Assembly (NCBI GenBank): GCA_016296415.1
Contig: JAEDJH010000002.1
Location: 1 to 46,808 of the forward strand
DNA: 46,808 bases
Origin: Clostridia bacterium
GTDB taxonomy: Bacteria; Bacillota; Clostridia; Christensenellales; CAG-138
Reading direction: 5' to 3'
The stretch's first letter is position 1. Each line of letters opens with the position of its first letter. A model generated the notes under the pieces. The model did not search any database. It was not told the origin of the DNA and saw nothing but the letters and a program-made list of their open reading frames with translations. The position numbers and the translations under genes were made by a program. Positions 17,028 through 25,543 of this stretch are shown here, piece by piece.

Positions 17028-18603
17028 ATACTTGGAAAAGCTGCTTGGGTTCGACAAGCCGAACAACGGCTTTGAAATAGCCGAAGCCGAAACCGGCACG
17101 CCGCCGCTTGATGCTTCAAACTACGATATTAACACGACCTGCGAGGAAAAAGCACCGTCCTCAGTTTCGTGTGATATAAGTGTCAATTACGCATATTTGT
17201 ACGGTGTATATAAAAAGGATATAAATCCCGATATAAATCTTAGAAAGCTGAAGCTGCACGGAAAGGACGATGCGCTTGCGGTGTTTATGACCGGCATGGT
17301 CGATGGAACGGGCGTAAACGACTTTATACTTCGTCCGGCGATGCAGGAAAACGCAGAGGGAACGGATGTAAAGGCGGCGGAGGAAAGCACTCTGCCGTTT
17401 AACGAAGCGGAGCGCAGCCGAAACTGGAAGGAAATAATCAAGGCTGTAAACGAAGGTAAGCTCGCATTTTTTATCAACGGATGCGATGAGGCACTTATAC
17501 TTGATACGAGGGGCTACGAAAAGCGGAGCGTGGAGGCATCCGAAAATGAAAAGACGGTTTTGGGCGCAAAAGAAGCGTTTACCGAGAATTTACGCACAAA
17601 CATAACGCTTCTTAGGCGCATACTAAAGACGGAAAAGTTCGTATGCGAGTTTAAACGATGCAAGGCGATAAACAATCCGAATGTCACAATAGCATATCTT
17701 TCGGGGAGCGCAAACGAGCTTTTGATAAACGAGATAAGGCGCAGAGTGGCAAAGATCAAAACACGCGGCGTGCTGGACATCGGTACGCTTGTTCAGCTTA
17801 TGGGCGATGGCGGCTTTTCGATATTTCCGAAGGAGCTTTTGACGGAAAAGCCGGACAGGGTAGCATCGCACCTATTGAACGGACATATAGCCGTATTGAT
17901 GGACGGAAGTCCTATTGCAGCCGTTTTACCGATAACGCTTTTTTCGCTGATGTCAAGTGCGGAGGACAGCTACGCAAGACCGCTTCTGGGCGGGCTGCTT
18001 CGCTTCGTAAGATATGTCGGGGTAACCGTGTCGATCCTGCTTCCGGCGTATTTTTTGGCGCTTGCCCTTTATCATCAGGGCTTGCTGACGACGGAGGTGC
18101 TATATACGATAATCGCATCAAGGCGCATGGTATTTGCGTCTATCGGTACGGAGATGGTGTATCTGCTGTTCGTATTCCAGCTTATCAGAGAGGCGGGTAT
18201 GCGTGTGCCGGGGAGCATAGGACAGGCGATAGGCATAATAGGCGGTCTGATACTTGGACAGGCAGCGGTTGCGGCAAACCTTGCAAGCACGGTTGTACTA
18301 ATAATAGTGGCACTGACGGGCCTGGGCAATTTTTGCGTGCCCGACTACTCGCTGCAGATTGCTGTCGGATATGTTCGGATAATGTTTGTCATAGCGGCAT
18401 GGATAGGCGGACTGCTCGGTTTGGTAGGGGCTACGGTGATATTTCTGGCCGTTCTTTCCGCATCGAGATCCTACGGCGTGCCGTATTTAGCGCCGTTTAT
18501 ACCGAAAACGGTGAGCGATCGCCCCTTTCTGCTAAGGGGGAAAATCAGCATGCATAAGCGTACGGCGGACTATATGAACACGGACGGTGATAAAACAATA
18601 TGA
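17014..18603 (+). CDS. Spore germination receptor A subunit (GerA/GerKA family)
   Basis: 529 aa with a soluble N-terminal domain and a C-terminal multi-TM domain typical of GerAA. AAGGAAGGAG RBS. Confidence 0.88.
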   Translation: MRSFLYLEKLLGFDKPNNGFEIAEAETGTPPLDASNYDINTTCEEKAPSSVSCDISVNYAYLYGVYKKDINPDINLRKLKLHGKDDALAVFMTGMVDGTGVNDFILRPAMQENAEGTDVKAAEESTLPFNEAERSRNWKEIIKAVNEGKLAFFINGCDEALILDTRGYEKRSVEASENEKTVLGAKEAFTENLRTNITLLRRILKTEKFVCEFKRCKAINNPNVTIAYLSGSANELLINEIRRRVAKIKTRGVLDIGTLVQLMGDGGFSIFPKELLTEKPDRVASHLLNGHIAVLMDGSPIAAVLPITLFSLMSSAEDSYARPLLGGLLRFVRYVGVTVSILLPAYFLALALYHQGLLTTEVLYTIIASRRMVFASIGTEMVYLLFVFQLIREAGMRVPGSIGQAIGIIGGLILGQAAVAANLASTVVLIIVALTGLGNFCVPDYSLQIAVGYVRIMFVIAAWIGGLLGLVGATVIFLAVLSASRSYGVPYLAPFIPKTVSDRPFLLRGKISMHKRTADYMNTDGDKTI

Positions 18604-19724
18604 TAAAACAGTCGCAGAAATACGGTGTTGCCGATTTTACAAAGACATTATTGCTTATCCTCTGCACAAGCTCAATATTTGCCATGAACGCCATCAGGGG
18701 AGCATCATGGAACAATTCCTCGTTTATTACCATGCCGATTGCGTTTGCGATTGCGTCGGTGCTGCTGACGGTGATCTTTCTGTCCGTGACAAAAAGCGGC
18801 AAGGGCGGACTTATATCGGTTTACGAGGAAAGTATGGGCGAAGCCGTCGGTAAAATTATGTCTGTGTTGCTGACGCTTGTGTTTATCGGTGCTGCGGTAC
18901 TGCCGCTTATACAGTTTATAAACGTGATGCACGATTTGGTGTACAATGTGGAGATAACGTCACTGGCGGCACTTGTTGTTATTATACTGGCCGTCCTGTG
19001 CCTGAGCGGCATGGAGGGGGTAATGGGTGCGGCAAGCGTTGCGGTATATATCGTGCTGATCTCAATACTGTTCATGCTTGTTACGACATCGGAGAGCTTT
19101 GATGTTTATCGGCTTTTTCCTATGCTTGGAAGCTACGGCTCTGCGGTGTCCGCCACATTTTCGCAAAGCGCATATCTGCTTCCCGCAATGCTGATGCCGC
19201 TTATATACAGAAAAAACCTTCAAAGCGATACATCCGTAAGAAGGGTTTATAAGATTGCCCTGCCCGTTGCGTTTGTCTTTTGCACAGCAGTGCATCTGAG
19301 CATAGATATGGTCTATTCATATAACGAGTTTGAGGAGATGAAAATGCCGATGTATCATCTTTATCATATAAATCTTACCCAGCTCGGAGAGGGATTCACC
19401 TCGAGGATAGATAAATTGCTGTTTTTCATGTGGCTCGGAGGAACGCTTCTTACCTCGGCGCTTTATATTTGCACAGCGTCAGACATTTTCGGACGGCTGT
19501 TCAAAAAAATGGATGCCAGACCAGTAAGGATAGTTTTTGTGATTATAGTTTTGTGCATGTGCATAATAGACAGCGTTTCGTTTGTGAGGTTTAATGAGCT
19601 TTATACGGTACTCGATCGGATAAAGAAAAACGGCGGGATCATATTACTTCCGATCGTGCTTGTTCCGTCGCTTATTGTGCTTATAAAATGCAGAAAGGGG
19701 GCAGGGAAAGGCGATGAAGCGTAA
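18600..19724 (+). CDS. Spore germination receptor B subunit (APC-permease-like, GerAB family)
   Basis: About 10 TM helices. ATGA overlap with the A-subunit stop. Confidence 0.85.
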   Translation: MIKQSQKYGVADFTKTLLLILCTSSIFAMNAIRGASWNNSSFITMPIAFAIASVLLTVIFLSVTKSGKGGLISVYEESMGEAVGKIMSVLLTLVFIGAAVLPLIQFINVMHDLVYNVEITSLAALVVIILAVLCLSGMEGVMGAASVAVYIVLISILFMLVTTSESFDVYRLFPMLGSYGSAVSATFSQSAYLLPAMLMPLIYRKNLQSDTSVRRVYKIALPVAFVFCTAVHLSIDMVYSYNEFEEMKMPMYHLYHINLTQLGEGFTSRIDKLLFFMWLGGTLLTSALYICTASDIFGRLFKKMDARPVRIVFVIIVLCMCIIDSVSFVRFNELYTVLDRIKKNGGIILLPIVLVPSLIVLIKCRKGAGKGDEA

Positions 19725-20997
19725 ACTTATGTGCCTTGTGCTTGCAGCGATGATGCTTGTCTGCACGGGATGCCTGAACCCGTCGGCGCTCGATCAATAC
19801 AGCTATGTTATGTCGATAGGCGTTGATATGGGGAAGCAGATGCGGTTTAATGTGACTTTTTTGGTGCAAAAAGAGGATGAATCGGCAGAGGGTAAAGCCA
19901 GCGGCGGCGCAATTTATTTAACAGCCGAGGGGGATACGCTCCTTGAAGCCCTTGAAACCTGTCATAAGGGCGTACCCACGATGTTGAGCTTTTCGAGGAT
20001 CAACTCAATAAACTTTTCAAGTGAGGTTGCCGAAGCAGGGCTGATTGAGGAGTTTATGTCCTTTTCGCTCGACTCACTGTCAATGCGGCAATCCGTCAGA
20101 CTGCTTATCACGCAGGGCAAAGCTGAGGATTTCCTGAAAGGTATGACCATGGGCGACAAGGAAAACATTGCCAAAATCCAGATGAGCCTCAAAAGCTTCT
20201 ATGAGCTGAGCGGCATTTTTTCGCTGACGAATTTTGCTTTGCTCATCGAGGCGATCGACAGCAGACGGCTTGATGTAACACTGTCGCTTTGCGGCGTGGA
20301 TGAATCCGTGCAGCCACCGCAGCAGCAAAGCGGGAACTCGCAGGGGACAGGAGACGGAAGCGGTTCCGATGCGGGCACGGGAGGCGGAGGTACGAACCAA
20401 AATGCTGCTCAGGGCGGGGCGTCCGGTGCGGAGGATAAGAAGGATACCACGGCTGGAGTATTTCGTTCGGGCGGAATGAAGGCGTATGTGTCCGGCTCGG
20501 CGCTTTTTGACGGATGGAAGATGGTCGGAACGCTAAATGCCCCGGATACACAGCTTATGCTTATTGCAAGAGGCGAATTTAAGCAGGGAAAAATTACCTT
20601 TAACGGAATAGGCGATGGTATATTAGAGGGAAGATTTGAGCTTATTGAGAGCCCAAAGGTAAAAACGAATACACAAGACGGGCTTTTTGCGGAGTTTGAT
20701 ATAAGCCTGCGATGCAGCATAATAACGGATACCGCCGAGGTCACGAGGAGCATGAGCGGCGAGGCGATAGAGCAGGCAATGGCGGCGCAGCTTGAGGAGG
20801 GGCTCGAGAGGGTGTTTTTGGGCTGCAGGAGCCTGAACTCGGACGCCTTCCACCTTGGACGGGTTTTTTCAAAAAACTTCATACTTATAAGTGAGTGGGA
20901 GAGCTTCGACTGGAAGTCAAGGTATAAGGATGTAAATGCAAGTTTTAACGTTAAGGTCAAGCTGGACGGCAGATATTCGCCGGGGCTTTGGGAGTGA
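19714..20997 (+). CDS. Spore germination receptor C subunit (Ger(x)C lipoprotein)
   Basis: Signal peptide ending in ..VCTGC (lipobox-like). Third position in the gerA-type operon. Overlaps the B subunit by 11 nt. Confidence 0.85.
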   Translation: MKRKLMCLVLAAMMLVCTGCLNPSALDQYSYVMSIGVDMGKQMRFNVTFLVQKEDESAEGKASGGAIYLTAEGDTLLEALETCHKGVPTMLSFSRINSINFSSEVAEAGLIEEFMSFSLDSLSMRQSVRLLITQGKAEDFLKGMTMGDKENIAKIQMSLKSFYELSGIFSLTNFALLIEAIDSRRLDVTLSLCGVDESVQPPQQQSGNSQGTGDGSGSDAGTGGGGTNQNAAQGGASGAEDKKDTTAGVFRSGGMKAYVSGSALFDGWKMVGTLNAPDTQLMLIARGEFKQGKITFNGIGDGILEGRFELIESPKVKTNTQDGLFAEFDISLRCSIITDTAEVTRSMSGEAIEQAMAAQLEEGLERVFLGCRSLNSDAFHLGRVFSKNFILISEWESFDWKSRYKDVNASFNVKVKLDGRYSPGLWE

Positions 20998-20999
20998 TC

Positions 21000-21158
21000 A
21001 TGGGTTTATTGTGTATAGAAGCGGCGTTAGCAGCCGGATATTGCGTGCTGTATGCGGTCTACAGTGCAAAGAAGCGCAACAAAGCCGCCGCTTGGGGTAT
21101 GGCGGTGCTGTGCGTTGCTCTTGCTGCGGCGTTAGGCTCGTTATTCCTGCTTATTTAG
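21000..21158 (+). CDS. 52-aa two-TM small membrane protein, candidate germinant-receptor D-type subunit
   Basis: Missing from the ORF track because it is under 60 aa. The sequence is MGLLCIEAALAAGYCVLYAVYSAKKRNKAAAWGMAVLCVALAAALGSLFLLI. GGGAG RBS (20990-94). The ATG lies 2 nt after the gerC stop. Confidence 0.5.
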   Translation: MGLLCIEAALAAGYCVLYAVYSAKKRNKAAAWGMAVLCVALAAALGSLFLLI

Positions 21159-22655
21159 GAAGTGTTCCAGCATGGAATTTGAAACAAGCCGCTCCCCGAG
21201 CGCTTTTGTTGCGGATTCACATGAAAGCCCCAGCAGATATGCGCCAAGAGACGCAGAATCGTACGGGTTAAGACCCTGTGCCGCAAGCGATGCGATTATT
21301 CCCGTGAGGGTATCGCCACTCCCGCCCTTTGACAATCCGCTGTTACCGCTGGTGTTGTAGGTTATGCCTCCGTCATGCGAGGCGATTATGCTCGTTGCGC
21401 CCTTTAGCAGCAGCGTACACCGGTTAATAGCCGAAAAGCTTTGCGCAATATAAAGGGGTGAATTTAAAATTTGAGCAGTATCACATCCGCATATCCTCGA
21501 CATTTCCGCAGGATGCGGCGTCAAAATCGCATTTGGGTGCAGGAGACTCAAGAGCTTCCTGTTGACGGAGAGAGCATTCAACGCATCTGCGTCTATCACG
21601 GCGGTTTTCCTGCTTGATAAGACGGTCTGAAGGAGCTTAGCTATTGCTGAACAGTCCGTGCCAAGCCCCGGACCTATGGCGACGGTATTTGCCCATTCAA
21701 TGCCTTTTTTGACCGCATCAAGCGCTTCGTCGAGTTCATCGAATGCGCTTATCATGGCCTCGGGGAGCGTTGAAAAATACTGCACCGTGTCTCTGTGACA
21801 GATGACCTTTACCAGACCACAGCCGACGGCGTATGCCGAACGGGCGCACATAAGCGCCGCACCGCCCATGCCCTTTGCTCCGGCGATTATCAATACCTTA
21901 CCGTAGCTTCCTTTGTTGCTGTTTTGCTTGCGTTGCGGAAGGAGCTTTGCTATATCGCCATGCTCAAGCATCCGTTCGGCAAAATCGGAGTCGGCGATGC
22001 CGCTTTGGGGACAGATGGGGGCGACGTCAAGCTTACCCGTGTACTCACGCCCGGGGAAAAGCAAATGCCCGCGCTTTATAAACTGTATAGCGACGGTCTC
22101 ATCGGCGTTTACACAGCAGCCGAGGGTCCTTCCGGTATCACCGTCTATGCCCGAAGCAATATCTATCGCAAGCCTGTACGCACTTTGTTCGTTTATAAGC
22201 TCGACAGCGGTTTTGTATATGCCGTCAACAATGCGGTTCAGCCCTGTGCCGAATATTGCGTCGATAATAAGCTCGAACGAGTTTTTTTCAAAAAAAGTGC
22301 AAAGCGCCTTGTCATCGTCGATCACGGTAACATCCAGACCGAGCTTTCGGTTGATGGAAAGATTTCGGTCGACAGACCGAGAAAGGCTTGATTCGCTGCC
22401 GATAATTATTGCGATGCTGTCCGTTCCGCGCATCTTGAGCAGACGCTGGACGCAAAGTCCGTCGCCGCCGTTATTGCCCACGCCGCACACGATCAGTATT
22501 TTTGCGGTGCAGAGGTTGACTTTTTCTATGTTTGATATTGCATTCACAACGCCAAAGGAAGCATTTTCCATAAGTATCTGTCCGTCAATGCCCACTTCGT
22601 TGCTGTAAAAAGCGTCAATTTTTGCCATTTCTTTCGGTGAAGTAATTTTAAGCAT
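21141..22655 (-). CDS. nnr: Bifunctional NAD(P)H-hydrate repair enzyme (epimerase / ADP-dependent dehydratase)
   Basis: YjeF_N (GVGNNGGDG) plus a carbohydrate-kinase-like C-terminal domain (GGSGDTLTG). Confidence 0.9.
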   Translation of the reverse strand: MLKITSPKEMAKIDAFYSNEVGIDGQILMENASFGVVNAISNIEKVNLCTAKILIVCGVGNNGGDGLCVQRLLKMRGTDSIAIIIGSESSLSRSVDRNLSINRKLGLDVTVIDDDKALCTFFEKNSFELIIDAIFGTGLNRIVDGIYKTAVELINEQSAYRLAIDIASGIDGDTGRTLGCCVNADETVAIQFIKRGHLLFPGREYTGKLDVAPICPQSGIADSDFAERMLEHGDIAKLLPQRKQNSNKGSYGKVLIIAGAKGMGGAALMCARSAYAVGCGLVKVICHRDTVQYFSTLPEAMISAFDELDEALDAVKKGIEWANTVAIGPGLGTDCSAIAKLLQTVLSSRKTAVIDADALNALSVNRKLLSLLHPNAILTPHPAEMSRICGCDTAQILNSPLYIAQSFSAINRCTLLLKGATSIIASHDGGITYNTSGNSGLSKGGSGDTLTGIIASLAAQGLNPYDSASLGAYLLGLSCESATKALGERLVSNSMLEHFLNKQE

Positions 22656-23445
22656 TTTTACCCCTCAGCGATACGTCGCCGCAGTCTATTGTTATAATTT
22701 TTTTTGCCCCGTCCTCGAGCAGTATGCGCCCGTAACAGTCAAAATCGGTCACACGACCGAACGTCTTTTTACCGTCTGCGCCGAGTATCGAAACATCCTG
22801 TCCTATCGTGCAGGAGACCTGCTTATATTCGTCAAGCAGGCTTTCAAAGCCTTCATCGGCTGCGATGAGCTTTGAATAGGAAAGAACACGGCGAACCGTT
22901 TCGGCGGCTATTGCCTCGGCGGAGAGATTTTTTCCGGTTATCATTTTCATCGAAACGGCGAGCGCCTCAATGTCCGGCGAAAATGAGCTGTTGGCGATGT
23001 TGATGCCGATACCGATAATGACAGCGTTTCCTACCGATTCAAGTAAAATTCCGCACAGCTTTTTACCGTTGTGCAAAATATCGTTGGGCCATTTGATTCT
23101 TATGCCGTCCGCATAGTCCGCCAGGGTTTTTTGTACGGCAACGGCGGCGGCTATTACATATCTTTGGGAAAATGAAGGAGAAACGGCATTTTTTATAAGT
23201 AGGCTCATACAGACAGTGCCATCGTCGTCCGTCCAGCTCCGCCCGATTCGTCCCCTGCCGCCAGTTTGCCTGTCGCAGACGAAAAGCACGGGTTTGAGGA
23301 AGGCGCCCGCTGAGGAATCCGAGGCAAATTGCTTTGCGAACCGTTTTGCATCATCGTTGGTGGATACGGTTTTGCACCTGTGGACTATTTCAAAATCCGC
23401 ACCTGCGTATTCTGCAAGCTTTTTAAGATCGAGCTTATACATCAT
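22648..23445 (-). CDS. birA: Biotin--[acetyl-CoA-carboxylase] ligase (class I, no HTH domain)
   Basis: GRGRIGRSW motif. The start is set at the MMYKLDL methionines, which overlap the recX stop. The track's 333-aa version runs through the recX coding region. Confidence 0.85.
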   Translation of the reverse strand: MMYKLDLKKLAEYAGADFEIVHRCKTVSTNDDAKRFAKQFASDSSAGAFLKPVLFVCDRQTGGRGRIGRSWTDDDGTVCMSLLIKNAVSPSFSQRYVIAAAVAVQKTLADYADGIRIKWPNDILHNGKKLCGILLESVGNAVIIGIGINIANSSFSPDIEALAVSMKMITGKNLSAEAIAAETVRRVLSYSKLIAADEGFESLLDEYKQVSCTIGQDVSILGADGKKTFGRVTDFDCYGRILLEDGAKKIITIDCGDVSLRGKNA

Positions 23446-23959
23446 CGTCCTCGCCGCAGTCTGCCATATCCGCTTCAGAAAAATCGTCACAGTTTCCCGC
23501 AATCTCGCTGATACAGCGCTTGACGGTTTCATAGCCATATCCCCTTGAGACAAGGCGCTTGATGGTGCGCTGCTTTTGCTCGGCCTTTTCATATTTGTCG
23601 AACATATTGTAAAACTTTTCCGCAACGGCGAGCGCATTTTGATATTCAACCTCGTCTGTTACCGCTAAAAGGGCGTCGTCGATTATGTCAGCGGACAGCT
23701 TATGGCTTTTAAGCTGCTCATACAGCTTGCGCCTGCTCACGGGCTTTGTATTTAGGCGTGAAATAATAAAGTTTTCGGCATAGGCTTTATCGTTGATGTA
23801 GCCAAGCTCCTTTAATCTCTCCATCGTTGAGTATATCTCATAGTCGCCGAATTGGCAGGTATCAAGATAAAGCTCGGTTTCCAGTGCAGTTCGGGGCTTT
23901 GAGGTCAAGTAGCCGAGCGCCGCATCCATGGGGGAAATTCCTTTTTTTACTTTTTTCAT
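23435..23959 (-). CDS. recX: Recombination regulator RecX
   Basis: Helical-repeat protein with an ..ALGYLTSKPRT..EL..L.. RecX-like N-terminus. The start is set at MKKVKKG, preceded by GAAGGAG. Confidence 0.75.
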   Translation of the reverse strand: MKKVKKGISPMDAALGYLTSKPRTALETELYLDTCQFGDYEIYSTMERLKELGYINDKAYAENFIISRLNTKPVSRRKLYEQLKSHKLSADIIDDALLAVTDEVEYQNALAVAEKFYNMFDKYEKAEQKQRTIKRLVSRGYGYETVKRCISEIAGNCDDFSEADMADCGEDDDV

Positions 23960-24103
23960 TCCGTACTCCTTCGCGCCTTTTGTATTAAGCATCGCCTTAC
24001 GTTTAAGTATAGCCGCATAAACAAATAAAATCCAACAATATACAATAATAAATTTAAAAATTGCGAGAAAACTAATATCGACAAACCGCAAGGAGGTTTA
24101 ACA

Positions 24104-24397
24104 ATGTCGAACAAAACCCAAAACAATGCGTCCGGAACAACGGCGCAGAGCACGCAGACGTTCGAAGATTTTCTGAGACAGACTTCGTCGAACTGGAACA
24201 CGGAAACCGCCAACATGGATTCCAAGGATCTGGGCATAGTGCAGGACAACCTTTATCACGAGGCGCTTGCATATAAAAAGTGCCAGGTTTATTCGCAGTA
24301 TCTTACGGATCCGCAGCTTAAGGGTCTTGCATCCAACGCTGCCGAGCATCATAAGCAGCATTTCAATGCTATGATGCAGTACCTGAATTGTCACTGA
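24104..24397 (+). CDS. Spore coat protein, CotF-like (divergent)
   Basis: Helical segment DLGIVQDNLYHEALAYKKC...AEHHKQHF resembles coat-F / ferritin-like helices. AAGGAGG RBS. Adjacent to a clear Coat_F gene. Confidence 0.6.
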   Translation: MSNKTQNNASGTTAQSTQTFEDFLRQTSSNWNTETANMDSKDLGIVQDNLYHEALAYKKCQVYSQYLTDPQLKGLASNAAEHHKQHFNAMMQYLNCH

Positions 24398-24411
24398 GGG
24401 GAGGGAGAACG

Positions 24412-24693
24412 ATGAATAACAATCAATCGATGACCGAAAAGGAAATGCTCACCGACCTTTTGAACGAGGAAAAGTACCTTGTGAAGCAGTACGCCAGCGA
24501 CATGACGGAATCGGCAAGTGCAAGGCTGAGGCAGGTGCTTTTGGCGAATATGACCGAATGTGCTACCGACCAGTACAGCATTTTTGACCAGATGAGGACG
24601 AGAAATATGTATAAGACGAAGCCGTCCCAGCCGCAGGAGATTCAGACAGCGAAGCAGGATATGCAGCAGCTCAAGAATCAGACGGGAATCTAA
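24412..24693 (+). CDS. Spore coat protein F (Coat_F domain)
   Basis: MTEKEMLTDLLNEEKYLVKQYASDMTESAS..LRQVLL......DQYSIFDQM matches the Coat_F pattern. Start at ATG 24412, after GGGAGGGAG. Confidence 0.8.
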   Translation: MNNNQSMTEKEMLTDLLNEEKYLVKQYASDMTESASARLRQVLLANMTECATDQYSIFDQMRTRNMYKTKPSQPQEIQTAKQDMQQLKNQTGI

Positions 24694-24701
24694 CGGATTC
24701 C

Positions 24702-24745
24702 GGCAGACCATTTTGAAGCGGCTTTCAACCGCCAAGGTGGTCTGC
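24702..24745 (+). terminator. Stem-loop after the cotF pair (weak terminator candidate)
   Basis: GGCAGACC / GGTCTGCC outer stem with an inner GCGG/CCGC stem. The downstream T-tract is poor (ACCTGTTTAT). Confidence 0.35.
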
Positions 24746-24764
24746 CACCTGTTTATGGGAAAAT

Positions 24765-25085
24765 ATGCTCAGAAAAATCAATAGGGTTTTGTTGGCTGCA
24801 GCGATAGTAATGCTGGCTGCGTGCGGCGTTTTATTGCTGAGCATGCTGTGGGGAGCAGAAGACAGAAGTTGGATTGATAATGCCGACTTTGTAAATACTA
24901 CGGGGGAAAAATATTGGAAAGGGGAAGAAAGACGGATTATGCTTAATACAACGATGCAGGGATACATGATAAAGGCCAAGCTATTCGAGCCAAGCGGTAA
25001 CGCAGGCGCAAGTATATCGCCCGAGAGGGAGATACGGAGCAAAGGTGTATATATGAAGGAGGAGAAGGATCGTGCAGGACAGTGA
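24765..25085 (+). CDS. Hypothetical membrane-anchored protein (106 aa)
   Basis: Single N-terminal TM helix (VLLAAAIVMLAACGVLLLSML). Weak RBS. Fills an otherwise empty 378-nt gap and overlaps the spoVAC start by 14 nt. No recognisable family. Confidence 0.35.
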   Translation: MLRKINRVLLAAAIVMLAACGVLLLSMLWGAEDRSWIDNADFVNTTGEKYWKGEERRIMLNTTMQGYMIKAKLFEPSGNAGASISPEREIRSKGVYMKEEKDRAGQ

Positions 25086-25515
25086 AAAAGCAAGGAAATA
25101 CAGGCAGAGGGTGAACGAAAAGGCACCCAAGAGCCATGTTTTTATGCAGTGTGTAAATGCCTTTTGGGTGGGCGGACTTATATGCTGCATAGGTCAGGCG
25201 CTGAATCTGATAGGCTCGGAGCTTTTGTGGCTCGATTCTGATGATACGTCGGCGTTTACGTCGATCGTGCTGATATTTTTGGGCGCATTCCTTACGGGTC
25301 TGGGCGTTTACGACAAGATAGGCTCGTTTGCGGGTGCAGGCTCCATTGTCCCCATAACCGGCTTTGCAAACTCTATAGTTGCGCCGGCGATGGAGCATAA
25401 ATACGAGGGCTATGTTCTCGGCGTGGGAGCACAGCTTTTCAGCATAGCCGGGCCCGTACTTGTGTACGGCATAACCACGTCCGTAATAGTGGGGCTGATA
25501 GCCTGCATCGTTTAG
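25072..25515 (+). CDS. spoVAC: Stage V sporulation protein AC
   Basis: ..CVNAFWVGGLICCIGQ.. matches the SpoVAC N-terminus. GTG start 8 nt after AAGGAGGAG. Confidence 0.9.
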   Translation: MQDSEKARKYRQRVNEKAPKSHVFMQCVNAFWVGGLICCIGQALNLIGSELLWLDSDDTSAFTSIVLIFLGAFLTGLGVYDKIGSFAGAGSIVPITGFANSIVAPAMEHKYEGYVLGVGAQLFSIAGPVLVYGITTSVIVGLIACIV

Positions 25516-25543
25516 ACCGTGCGGAAGGGATGGAATACTTCGA

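Noticed and set aside
23446-23649. The N-terminal 68 codons of the 333-aa birA ORF given in the track.
   Set aside because: This stretch overlaps the recX coding region in another frame. The BirA homology begins at MMYKLDL, whose ATGs overlap the recX stop (classic coupling). The extension is Ser/Ala/Lys-rich with no HTH features.
23960-24091. A hydrophobic 44-codon N-terminal extension of the recX ORF.
   Set aside because: RecX is cytoplasmic. The internal ATG 23959 is preceded by GAAGGAG at good spacing. The extension lies in the AT-rich divergent promoter region.
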